This document shows positions 1-8,266 of a DNA stretch of 25,818 nucleotides, piece by piece; the first letter of the stretch is position 1, and each line of letters begins with the position of its first letter. The DNA lies in assembly GCA_012516225.1 (NCBI GenBank), contig JAAYWX010000005.1, positions 1-25,818 on the forward strand. Direction: 5' to 3'. The translations under genes and the position numbers were made by a program. Origin of the DNA: Clostridiales bacterium. GTDB lineage: Bacteria > Bacillota > Clostridia > Oscillospirales > Oscillospiraceae. A model generated the notes under the pieces. It worked only from the letters and a program-made list of their open reading frames with translations, searched no databases and was not told the DNA's origin.

Positions 1-360
1 CGCGTGGAATATTTCCCACAATTCCTTGTTTTCAACCATCTTTTCCATTACTCCGGGGACATAGACGGTCAGTTCAAATACGTCCTCGCCGTTTTCTTCA
101 TGGAAAATGCAGGCTCCGACCTGAGCAAGCTCACGGGCGAGCCTTTCAGTTTCATCCAAAGACTTCCCGCACTTTTTCGCTATCTGAGCTATAGTCTGGG
201 GCTTTCTGAGTTCCATAGCAAGCCCGACTTCAGCCATCTCATCTGTTACAACGCAGTCTAAAACGTAATATTCCGGAGCGTTTTCGTCAATTTTTATCAT
301 CAGCGCCGTCGGACCGCTGATTTTTTTTGCCAGTTTCAAAATCTTCTCTCTCGCAGCCAT
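1..360 (-). CDS. Partial CDS (first 120 codons, runs off the left edge); probable Fe-S/FAD-dependent oxidoreductase N-terminus
   Basis: Not in the ORF track. ATG at 360 with GGGGTGG RBS upstream; the frame stays open to position 1: MAAREKILKLAKKISGPTALMIKIDENAPEYYVLDCVVTDEMAEVGLAMELRKPQTIAQIAKKCGKSLDETERLARELAQVG... This resembles, from memory, the wHTH-like N-terminus of large anaerobe pyridine nucleotide-disulfide/4Fe-4S oxidoreductases. The catalytic domains lie outside the window. Confidence 0.55.
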   Translation of the reverse strand, partial: MAAREKILKLAKKISGPTALMIKIDENAPEYYVLDCVVTDEMAEVGLAMELRKPQTIAQIAKKCGKSLDETERLARELAQVGACIFHEENGEDVFELTVYVPGVMEKMVENKELWEIFHA

Positions 361-413
361 ACTTTACCACCCCAAATTCCTTTTTTTGCCGTCAAGAAAT
401 TAACTAATAGCAG

Positions 414-439
414 TAAAAACAAAACGGTTTTTAAAACCG
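414..439. promoter_or_regulatory. Overlapping inverted repeats, candidate LysR-binding region
   Basis: TAAAAAC-N6-GTTTTTA (414-433) and CGGTTTT-T-AAAACCG (425-439), between a LysR gene and its divergent neighbour, which is the usual LysR arrangement. Confidence 0.35.
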
Positions 440-495
440 CCTAATTCCTTGTACAATTTTATCAATATATTACTGAAGTGTAAAACAATTAATAA

Positions 496-524
496 TAGAC
501 AACCACAATAAACCGTTGTAGAAT
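496..524 (+). promoter_or_regulatory. Putative sigma-A promoter of the LysR gene, overlapped by an inverted repeat
   Basis: TAGACA (496-501), 17 bp spacer, TAGAAT (519-524). ACAAC-N11-GTTGT (499-519) spans the spacer. Confidence 0.5.
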
Positions 525-556
525 ATGTTTAGTGTTTAACAAAGGTGGTGTTACAG

Positions 557-1471
557 TTGCAGATGAAATATGTCCTGTCATTTTTGACGCTATATAGAGA
601 AAGGAATATCTCAAGGGCAAGTGCCAAACTGTTTATCACACAGCAGGGGCTTAGCAGGCAGATTCAGATGCTCGAAGAGGAAATGGGAGCAGTTTTGTTT
701 GAACGCTCAAAATTGGGGGCCTCTCCTACCGAAGTCTGCGAAGCGGTTTATCCGCATTTTCAAAAAATGTACGATGAATACGAGAAATCCATTTCAGTGA
801 TTGACAGCTTCAGAAAAAAGGACAGAACGTGCATAACCGTTGCTTTTGCTCAGGGACTGTCGAACAGCGGAAGTCCGGAGTTCATTTTTGACTATCAGAA
901 ACTGCATCCTGAAATAAATATAGAGATTGTGGAGAACACACAGGCGGAGTGTATTAGGAAACTTCTTGACGGGGAAATTGACGTTGCCTTTCTTGTTAAT
1001 CCTATTGACAAGTCGATGTTCAACACTATAACGCTGGGCGAGGGGTATATGTATGCTGCCATGCATAAGACTCATCCTTTTGCTGAAGGAAATGAGCCGA
1101 TAGATTTTTCTTTGCTTGACGGAGAAAACATAATAACCGGATCGACGCAGAACGCGCTGAGAGGTATGTTCGATTATTTCTGTGAGCTGACCGGCATACA
1201 TCCTTATGTTATTGTTTCTTCCAACTACAGTTTGGACTATGTCAATGCTATGACCGAAAATATCGGGATAGCGACGGTTACGTCTTCTATGGCGCTAAGA
1301 ATAGTCAATCCTGATATAAGGATTCACAGACTGATTACGCCGGAACCGGGGTATGTATATTGCTGTACGCCGCGAAGCGCCGTACCGGACAAGGAAATTT
1401 CTGCTTTGCTGCGTTTTGTGAAACGGCATTTTGAACTTGAGCCCATACCAACGCTGGAAAATTGTCCGTAG
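557..1471 (+). CDS. LysR-family transcriptional regulator
   Basis: N-terminal HTH 'NISRASAKLFITQQGLSRQIQMLEEEMGAVLFERS' plus a substrate-binding domain, ~305 aa. The ORF opens at 545; TTG at 557 is preferred because AAGGTGGT lies 7 nt upstream. Confidence 0.95.
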   Translation: MQMKYVLSFLTLYRERNISRASAKLFITQQGLSRQIQMLEEEMGAVLFERSKLGASPTEVCEAVYPHFQKMYDEYEKSISVIDSFRKKDRTCITVAFAQGLSNSGSPEFIFDYQKLHPEINIEIVENTQAECIRKLLDGEIDVAFLVNPIDKSMFNTITLGEGYMYAAMHKTHPFAEGNEPIDFSLLDGENIITGSTQNALRGMFDYFCELTGIHPYVIVSSNYSLDYVNAMTENIGIATVTSSMALRIVNPDIRIHRLITPEPGYVYCCTPRSAVPDKEISALLRFVKRHFELEPIPTLENCP

Positions 1472-1481
1472 AAAAAATAAA

Positions 1482-1510
1482 ACGAAGCGCGGTTTAATAC
1501 CGCGCTCCGT
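1482..1510 (-). terminator. Rho-independent terminator of the PTS operon (possibly bidirectional)
   Basis: AGCGCGGT-TTAAT-ACCGCGCT stem. On the minus strand it is followed by TTTTATTTTTT. It lies between convergent genes. Confidence 0.75.
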
Positions 1511-1536
1511 CCGTCGATTCCGTACTGCGGAATGAC

Positions 1537-2007
1537 TTAGATATACAGCATAAATATGACCCCGACAGATATTAAAATAACGCCTATTACACGGCAAACT
1601 GCAACAACCCTGCGTATGGGGGTGTGCTGAAAAGTTTCAAACATCGAAATTGGGTAGGGAAGAAAAACAAAAGCTGCACCCGCAATGACAACGCCGATGT
1701 TCATAAGAAAAGACATACCGGCGGAAAGCGAACTTATTAGTATGCACGCGGCAGAGGCTAAAATTAGAAGATACATATACTTTTTCAGTCTTTTGTCATT
1801 CTCCACATAGCTTTCCGCGGCTTCTTTGCAGGAAAGTCCGCAAACAGGAAAACTTCTTGTTTTAACCCTCGCCTTGGCTATAACTGTATCATTGCCGTTG
1901 ACGGAATTCCCGCAATAAACACACCTGTCGCCGCCGGCAAACTCGATTTTATCATTTTTTGTACTTTTATTCGGCATTTTTTTTGGCAGGCGCTTTTGCT
2001 GCTTCAT
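1537..2007 (-). CDS. Hypothetical membrane protein with an N-terminal CxxC...CxxxC putative metal-binding motif
   Basis: CVYC-x23-CGLSC followed by about 3 hydrophobic segments. ATGA overlap with the ptsI stop codon. An alternative start at MPNKST is possible. Confidence 0.75.
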   Translation of the reverse strand: MKQQKRLPKKMPNKSTKNDKIEFAGGDRCVYCGNSVNGNDTVIAKARVKTRSFPVCGLSCKEAAESYVENDKRLKKYMYLLILASAACILISSLSAGMSFLMNIGVVIAGAAFVFLPYPISMFETFQHTPIRRVVAVCRVIGVILISVGVIFMLYI

Positions 2008-3734
2008 ATGCCCAGTTCCTCCAATATTTTTTCAAGCATATTCTTTGCGTCGGATATTTTGCCGGAGGATAGAATTTTATCGGTCTTTTCCATAATATCA
2101 CTTTTGGTGACTTGTGTCACTATATATTTTGTACGTCCGACAAGTGCCGGAGCAACGGAAAGCTCGTCTACACCAAAAGCACACCAGAGAGGTATAAGGC
2201 GCGGCTCGGATGCCGTTTCTCCGCAGATTCCCACCTCGATATTGTTTGCATGGGCATTGTCACATACGGTTTTTACGGCGCGCAGAACAGATACATTGCA
2301 GCTGTCATACAAATACTGTACCCGTTCATTCATGCGGTCTGTTGCCGTAGTGTACTGGATGAGGTCGTTTGAACCTATGCTGAAGAAATCGGAATGTTTT
2401 GCGAGAGCATCGGAAATCAGAACGGCTGCGGGAGTTTCAACCATTATGCCGACAGGGATGTCGGGATTGAAGGGGAAGCCCTTTTCCTCAAGTTCTGCCA
2501 TGCACTCCCTAACAAGCTCTTTGGCGCGGAGAAGCTCCTCAAGGCTTACTATCATGGGAAACATTATTTTCACATTGCCGAAAGCACTTGCGCGAAGAAT
2601 GGCGCGGAGCTGGGTTTTAAACATCTCTGTACGATCCAAGCAAAGGCGGATGGCGCGATATCCGAGGAAAGGATTGCTTTCTTTCGGCAGATCCATATAG
2701 CCAAGCTGTTTGTCTCCGCCGATGTCAAGTGTGCGGATGATAAGCTCTTTGCCGGCAGTACGAACCGCCATATCCTTATATACCTCGAACTGCTCGTCCT
2801 CGGTAGGGTAATCCGAATGACCCATATAGAGGAATTCCGTACGGAAAAGTCCGACTCCGTCACAGCCTGCCGCATCGAACGTTGCTATGCTTTCTTTATC
2901 TCCCGAATTCACGTTTACCCTTACTGGAAAGCCGTCCTTTGTGGCCGCCGGCTTAATGCGGCACTCATCATAAACTGCCTTCATCTTTGCGGCCTGACCG
3001 CTCTTAGCTTCAAATTCAGCAAGCTTTTTTGAGTCCGGGGAAACAACTGCAACACCTGCCGAACCGTCTACAAGAACTGTTTCGCCGGAAGCCAGCCGGT
3101 CAAGCATGGGACCGCAGCCGACAACGGCGGGAATACCGAGTGCCTTTGCAAGAATAACAGTGTGCGAGGTAACTCCGCCGCGCTCCGTAACCATGCCTTT
3201 AAGTCTGCTCCGGTCAAGACGGACGGTATCGGACGGAGTGAGGTCTTCGGCGAATATTATGAGATCATCGCCGACGGCTCCGGCAAAGGGGTCTCCGGAA
3301 CTGATCCCCTGAAGCTCTGACATAAGCTCACGGCAGACGTTGTTTATGTCGGCCGCGCGGGCTTTAAGATAATCGTCGTCAACGACGGAGAAGGCTTCCT
3401 CCACCTCTGCACGTTTTTTCTCGATAGCATAGGAAGCGCATACGTTTTCAGAAAGTATAATGTCCTTTACCTGACCGAAAAAAACGTCGTCTTGAATTAT
3501 TTCCTGGTAAGCTTCAAAAATTTCAGCACTCTTGTCACCGTGGGAAACACGTGCTTCCTCTGCCAGTTTTTTCAAGGTTTCATTGTATTTCTGGCGGCCG
3601 TTTTCCATAGCTTCAATTTCCGCGGCCGTATCGGAAACAAATTTTTTTTCAAGAGACAGGCTGCCTGTGCGGAATATAACGGCGTGGCCTCGCGCGCAGC
3701 CTGATGCGGCTCCAAGACCTTTTATTTCTGTCAT
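2004..3734 (-). CDS. ptsI: PEP-protein phosphotransferase (PTS Enzyme I)
   Basis: GGVTSHTVILAKALGIPAVVG (phospho-His), GVGLFRTEFLY, RTLDIGGDK, NPFLGYRAIR, GSNDLIQY, GICGE; 576 aa. Confidence 0.98.
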   Translation of the reverse strand: MTEIKGLGAASGCARGHAVIFRTGSLSLEKKFVSDTAAEIEAMENGRQKYNETLKKLAEEARVSHGDKSAEIFEAYQEIIQDDVFFGQVKDIILSENVCASYAIEKKRAEVEEAFSVVDDDYLKARAADINNVCRELMSELQGISSGDPFAGAVGDDLIIFAEDLTPSDTVRLDRSRLKGMVTERGGVTSHTVILAKALGIPAVVGCGPMLDRLASGETVLVDGSAGVAVVSPDSKKLAEFEAKSGQAAKMKAVYDECRIKPAATKDGFPVRVNVNSGDKESIATFDAAGCDGVGLFRTEFLYMGHSDYPTEDEQFEVYKDMAVRTAGKELIIRTLDIGGDKQLGYMDLPKESNPFLGYRAIRLCLDRTEMFKTQLRAILRASAFGNVKIMFPMIVSLEELLRAKELVRECMAELEEKGFPFNPDIPVGIMVETPAAVLISDALAKHSDFFSIGSNDLIQYTTATDRMNERVQYLYDSCNVSVLRAVKTVCDNAHANNIEVGICGETASEPRLIPLWCAFGVDELSVAPALVGRTKYIVTQVTKSDIMEKTDKILSSGKISDAKNMLEKILEELGI

Positions 3735-3749
3735 GCTGCTCTCTCCGTT

Positions 3750-4394
3750 CTATTTTTGACGGTAATTCTGGAACTGCCCAAGTACGACCTTAAGGTCATC
3801 ATCGCTTAAAAGTACAGGTTTGCCGGCGGTGCGGGCATAGTAATAGATTTGTGAAACGAATTCTATCTGCTGCGCGATATCCATGGTATAGGGCAGAGTG
3901 CCGCCGCAGGTCAAAAGTCCGTGATTGCCGAGCAGGCAGGCGTAATGGTCGCTGCCCATTGCGTTAAAAGCCGCTTCCGCAAGCTCATAGGTGCCAAACT
4001 GTACATAGGGGATGCAGGGAACGTCAGCACCGGAATAAGCGATAAGATAGTGCAGGGGTTCAATGCTCCAGTGCAGGCATGCCAGAGTTGTCGCAAAGGT
4101 TGAGTGCGTGTGTACAACAGCGTTTATTCCCGGTCTTCTCTGGTAAAATATTCTGTGCATATCATATTCGCTCGACGGTTTTCTGTCGCCGTCAACCTTT
4201 TCGCCGTCGGGCGTGAGAACTACGACATCTTCAGGCTTTGTAAGGTAATAGTCCATACCTGAGGGGCTTATTGCCATGAGATTTTCTTTAGGATTAAATA
4301 CGCTCAGATTGCCAAAAGTTCCGACGGTAAGACCAAGCTCCACCATTTTTTTGCCGTATTCGACAACCATTTCACGTTCTTCCTGCAGTATCAT
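3750..4394 (-). CDS. Class II aldolase/adducin family, FucA-type
   Basis: GNLS, SPSG, KPSSE, VVHTHS, LLGNHG. Start placed at ATG 4394 (ATGA overlap with the upstream gene, AAGGAG RBS). Confidence 0.9.
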   Translation of the reverse strand: MILQEEREMVVEYGKKMVELGLTVGTFGNLSVFNPKENLMAISPSGMDYYLTKPEDVVVLTPDGEKVDGDRKPSSEYDMHRIFYQRRPGINAVVHTHSTFATTLACLHWSIEPLHYLIAYSGADVPCIPYVQFGTYELAEAAFNAMGSDHYACLLGNHGLLTCGGTLPYTMDIAQQIEFVSQIYYYARTAGKPVLLSDDDLKVVLGQFQNYRQK

Positions 4395-5488
4395 TCCAAA
4401 CACACTCCTTTTATTTTGTCGAAGTTTACTATTCGATCTGTAAGTCCTTTTTCGATTATTTTATCTGTTTCGCGCATGAGAAGATACGGAGACATAGGTA
4501 TGGCGTCCACTGTTGCCCCCGCAATATGCGGTGTTATCACAACGTTGTCAAGACCGGAAAAACCACTGTTTTCCGGCAAGGGCTCTTTATCGAAAACATC
4601 CAGTGCTGCACCGGCTATGCGGTGGTTTTTAAGTGTATCGATAAGGTCTGCCTGGTTTACAAGACCTCCCCTTGATGTATTTATAAAATATGCGGTAGGC
4701 TTCATCAAATCAAAATATTTTTTATTTATAATCCCTTCGGTTTCCGGAGTGAGCCTGAGGTGCAGGCTTATTATATCCGCTGTTGAGAACAGCTCTTCCA
4801 TTGAACCTACCATTTTTATATCTGCAAGGCCGTTCCTCTCCAGTCGTTCTTTTGAAATATATTCGTCAAAGGCGATCAGGGATACGCCAAGCGCCTTTAG
4901 GCGCACAGCCAGTTCGATGCCGATATTTCCTATGCCGATAAGTCCGACCGTCATATTTGACAGGGTAGATGTATATTCGGAATTTGGATATACTTTTTCC
5001 CATTTTCCGTCTATAAGAAGATGATGGGACGTGGAAATGTTCCTTGTTACGCTCAAAATAAGCCCAAGTGCGAATTCGGCGACGGGGATGGCGTTTCTTA
5101 TTACATTGACCACAGGTATACCGCGGTTGTTTGCGGCATTCAAGTCAATATGCTCAAGACCACCTCTGCAGGTCAATATGGCCTTGAGATTAGGGGCTTT
5201 TTCTATTAATGCAGCGGGAACGGGGTTGAAATGCGTTACCAGAACTGTGCAGTCTTCCATAAGCTGCTCTAATCCGTCAGCCCATGCTTCGGCCTCAGCT
5301 CCGTGACGTTCGATATTAAGCTGACGTTCCGCAAATTCGCTTTTGTCGGGCGTTCCCCAGTATGCTTTGCTTATTTTGCCTATGCTGATTTTTGAGGAGC
5401 GCACCGCCGCTTCCATTGTGTCGGGGGAAACAAAAGCGTCCCCGACCAAAACAATATTCTGAGGTTTTTTTGTGAGTGTGTTTAGCAT
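4391..5488 (-). CDS. D-isomer-specific 2-hydroxyacid dehydrogenase fold (SerA-like) oxidoreductase
   Basis: GLIGIGNIG, INTSRGGLV, LDVFDKEP, TPHIAGAT. Start placed at ATG 5488 (GGAGGT RBS). Confidence 0.9.
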   Translation of the reverse strand: MLNTLTKKPQNIVLVGDAFVSPDTMEAAVRSSKISIGKISKAYWGTPDKSEFAERQLNIERHGAEAEAWADGLEQLMEDCTVLVTHFNPVPAALIEKAPNLKAILTCRGGLEHIDLNAANNRGIPVVNVIRNAIPVAEFALGLILSVTRNISTSHHLLIDGKWEKVYPNSEYTSTLSNMTVGLIGIGNIGIELAVRLKALGVSLIAFDEYISKERLERNGLADIKMVGSMEELFSTADIISLHLRLTPETEGIINKKYFDLMKPTAYFINTSRGGLVNQADLIDTLKNHRIAGAALDVFDKEPLPENSGFSGLDNVVITPHIAGATVDAIPMSPYLLMRETDKIIEKGLTDRIVNFDKIKGVCLE

Positions 5489-5507
5489 GGATACCTCCAA
5501 TAATATG

Positions 5508-5541
5508 GAAAGCCGCTGTTGTTTTATCAACAGCGGCTTTC
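5508..5541 (-). terminator. Intra-operon 14 bp perfect hairpin (attenuator or mRNA stabiliser)
   Basis: GAAAGCCGCTGTTG-N6-CAACAGCGGCTTTC between the IIC gene and the dehydrogenase; only a short U-tract on the minus strand. Confidence 0.5.
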
Positions 5542-5589
5542 TGTCTGCGATCTCTTTATATAGCCGCTAAAAGCTGGTAAAATTTATAC

Positions 5590-7020
5590 TCAGACAACCT
5601 GCGGCTCGCTGCCGTTTCCTGCGTCCTCAACGCCGTAAGTTTCAAGCCAGTTGACAATGGCTTCTTTGTGCTTTTTGAACAGGAAGTAGAGGACAAAGTA
5701 AAGAATTACAACCGCACCGATGATAATCGGGTTCTGGGAATAGAACGCATAGAAGAGACCCGCCATCAAGGGGTGGCACATGATACCGAAGCTGATAACA
5801 TACATTGTTGCGTTTTCTGGAAGAACAAATCCGGCCTGAACGGCAACGTCCGTAAATGTTGGAGCAAGCTGGGAAGCTATGATAAGACCAAGGCTGAACC
5901 AGATTGCACCGGTGATAAGGCTCTTTGCAATGTTGCCGTGGGAAATGCAGACGAAAATCTCAACCATGTACGGCAGAGCAACAAGGTCAAGCATGGGGAG
6001 AACTTTGTTGCCGGGAAGAATGAAAGCAAGGAGAAGCATAATGGGGATGAGAAGAATGCCGGTTACGAGGGTGTTGGGTTCGCCGTAACCTGCGGCATCG
6101 TTAACCGACAGATACCACTCGCGGTTTTTGCCGCTTTCGATAGCTTTTGCTTTGTAAGCGTCCGTGAGGGAAGAGAATGCAGACGCGAAAATTCCTCCGA
6201 CTTTCGGGAAAACAGCCATGACGGCCGCGGTGGATACTGCTGAAGCTGTGATTTTTCCCCAGCTTTCAAGTGCGCCAAGAGCGTTGAAGTAAGCGATAAT
6301 GCCTATCAGAGCGCCGATTACAAGACCGATGAACATGGGCTCACCAAGAAGTCCGAATCTTTTCTGGATTGTTTCGGCATCAAGCTTTATTTTGTTGAAG
6401 CCTATTTTGCCGAGCAGCCAGTTCATCAGGATTGCGAAAGGCACGCCTTCCAAATGGTGAGGAGCTGTCATGCAGCAGCTTGGATACTGGTAGTGTGTGG
6501 ACCAGCGTTTTGCTGCAACTTCGCTGAACAAAAGAATGTAGAGAAGCTGCATAACCATGACCGCAAGAGCAAGCCACATGCTTTTTGTGAGAAGATAAAG
6601 CATGGAGCCCCAAACCATGAAGGAATAGTTGTTCCAAAGGTCACTGGCCATGAAAACGTTTGTCCATTTTACAAGGAAGAGTACTATCTGCAGCACTATA
6701 GCAATGCCGATGAATACAAGACCTACTGTTGTTGAATAGGCAATTACGGAAGTGGACTGCCAGCCGGTATCAAGAACTGGCAGGTTGACGCCTGAACTTT
6801 CTACCATTCGGGTTACGACGGGCGCGATTATCCCGCCGTAGCTGTTGATGACGAGGTTGAATCCAGTTAAACCGACTGCGCAGAGTAAAGCGGAATTAAA
6901 TGCGCTTTTCGGCTTTACGCCAAGGAACAGAGCGATAATGAACAGGATCAGTGGAACGAACACAGGCGCTCCGAGCGTTGAGAATACGTTGCTTAGACTT
7001 TGAAAAAATGAGCCCAACAA
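5590..7020 (-). CDS. PTS galactitol-family EIIC permease (GatC-like)
   Basis: 476 aa polytopic membrane protein with DTGW, DLWNNYSF, LLGEPMFIG and ILPGNKVLPMLDL, which match GatC-family motifs. TTG start with GAGGAGG RBS. Confidence 0.92.
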   Translation of the reverse strand: MLGSFFQSLSNVFSTLGAPVFVPLILFIIALFLGVKPKSAFNSALLCAVGLTGFNLVINSYGGIIAPVVTRMVESSGVNLPVLDTGWQSTSVIAYSTTVGLVFIGIAIVLQIVLFLVKWTNVFMASDLWNNYSFMVWGSMLYLLTKSMWLALAVMVMQLLYILLFSEVAAKRWSTHYQYPSCCMTAPHHLEGVPFAILMNWLLGKIGFNKIKLDAETIQKRFGLLGEPMFIGLVIGALIGIIAYFNALGALESWGKITASAVSTAAVMAVFPKVGGIFASAFSSLTDAYKAKAIESGKNREWYLSVNDAAGYGEPNTLVTGILLIPIMLLLAFILPGNKVLPMLDLVALPYMVEIFVCISHGNIAKSLITGAIWFSLGLIIASQLAPTFTDVAVQAGFVLPENATMYVISFGIMCHPLMAGLFYAFYSQNPIIIGAVVILYFVLYFLFKKHKEAIVNWLETYGVEDAGNGSEPQVV

Positions 7021-7092
7021 AATAAACCCTCCTCAAAAATATTTTCCATCGTTGCCGATGAATCCGATTTTTCTGTCTGCCTTTTACACGCT

Positions 7093-7386
7093 TTATTTAG
7101 CGTTCAGAATTTTAAGGCAGTCGTCGATAACCTGCTGTTCGGCAAGCCCTGTCAGCAAACCAACAGCGTTAACCTTAGGAATGCCGTAATCCTTGTAAAC
7201 AGGGGAAACACAAGCGATCAATGAGAAACCGCCGGCAGCCAAGGCCGATTCAACCGAATTCGGACTTGCTTCAACAGGAGTTACTGCATAGCCGTGCTTT
7301 GCAAGCTTTTCTTTGAGCTTGTTTGCGACCATGGCGGAACTTACCGTACCCGAGCCGCAGACACATAGGATTTTGACATTTTTCAT
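7093..7386 (-). CDS. PTS galactitol-family EIIB (GatB-like)
   Basis: KILCVCGSGTVSS phospho-Cys loop; 97 aa. Confidence 0.92.
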   Translation of the reverse strand: MKNVKILCVCGSGTVSSAMVANKLKEKLAKHGYAVTPVEASPNSVESALAAGGFSLIACVSPVYKDYGIPKVNAVGLLTGLAEQQVIDDCLKILNAK

Positions 7387-7435
7387 TAGTGATACATCTC
7401 CTTACTTCTTTCTTCTTAAATATTAAAAATAATAT

Positions 7436-7891
7436 TTACCCCATATATTTCATTGCCGCTTCGTAAAGCTTGTCCTTATCGGAGGCGGCGCTCAGCTCTT
7501 CTACCGCTTCTTCGTTGGTGAATACGCGCATTACTTTTTGGTGCGTGTCAAGCTGTGCGTCCGGATCTTTTATGGCCATCATGAAAATCAGCTGCGCTTG
7601 AACTTTTGTATCAGGATCACCCATGTGCCTGAATTCCACCGGGTCGGAGAGCTTTGCCACGCAAACGGCTGGAATATTAACATGTATGCCAGCGGTATGG
7701 GGCATGGCAACTCCTATGGTTTTAAGCTGCAGCCCGGTAGGATATTCGGTTTCTCTCTCCAAAACGGCAGGCAGGTAAGTATCTTTGACATAGCCGCCGT
7801 TTATAAGGTAAGCGCCGATGGTTTTTATTGCGTCTTCGGCATTTTCGGCTTTAACGCCGCAGACTATAAGATCTTTGGTTATAGTGCTCAA
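7436..7891 (-). CDS. PTS EIIA, fructose/mannitol/galactitol type (GatA-like)
   Basis: VLERETEYPTGL and VAMPH (phospho-His). TTG start with AGGAG RBS. Confidence 0.93.
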   Translation of the reverse strand: MSTITKDLIVCGVKAENAEDAIKTIGAYLINGGYVKDTYLPAVLERETEYPTGLQLKTIGVAMPHTAGIHVNIPAVCVAKLSDPVEFRHMGDPDTKVQAQLIFMMAIKDPDAQLDTHQKVMRVFTNEEAVEELSAASDKDKLYEAAMKYMG

Positions 7892-7905
7892 GTTAATGCT
7901 CCTTC

Positions 7906-8166
7906 CTATTCGGTCAGCCCATTGATAAAGGATATAAGCTCTTCGCCTACCAGATTTTCGTTTTCGCCTTCAACTATAACATTAACTTCAGTTCCGCACT
8001 TTATACCTGCGGAAAGCAGTGAAATGATGCTCTTAGGATCAATGCTGCTGCCTCCGACTTCAATAGTGATTTTTTCGGGGAATTTTTTGCAAAAAGCTGT
8101 AAGCTGCGATGCGGGACGAGCATGCAGACCAGTGGGATTTTTGATTGTAGTTGCCTGTTTAAACAT
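7906..8166 (-). CDS. ptsH: HPr phosphocarrier protein
   Basis: GLHARPA (His15) and KSI (Ser46 motif); 86 aa. Confidence 0.95.
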   Translation of the reverse strand: MFKQATTIKNPTGLHARPASQLTAFCKKFPEKITIEVGGSSIDPKSIISLLSAGIKCGTEVNVIVEGENENLVGEELISFINGLTE

Positions 8167-8194
8167 ATTTCATATCTCCGTTTTTTAAAATTAT

Positions 8195-8226
8195 TCATTT
8201 TACTTTGGAAACAAATGTGCTATACT
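8195..8226. promoter_or_regulatory. Divergent promoter region with a candidate SorC-type operator
   Basis: Plus strand: TTTACT (8199-8204), 16 bp spacer, TG-c-TATACT (8221-8226). Minus strand: CACATTTGTTT-CCAA-AGTAAAATGA, which resembles the repeats at 10399 and 10562. Confidence 0.45.
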
Positions 8227-8266
8227 TTCAACGGATAAAGGCATATATTCCGGGAGGAAAGGCATA

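Noticed and set aside
1996-2700. 234 aa plus-strand ORF (and 2394-3032) antisense to ptsI
   Set aside because: Shadow ORFs of a well-conserved gene; no RBS or recognisable motif.
5668-6243. 191 aa plus-strand ORF antisense to EIIC; also 4416-5024 and 7538-8188
   Set aside because: Antisense shadows of hydrophobic or conserved genes; no independent signals.
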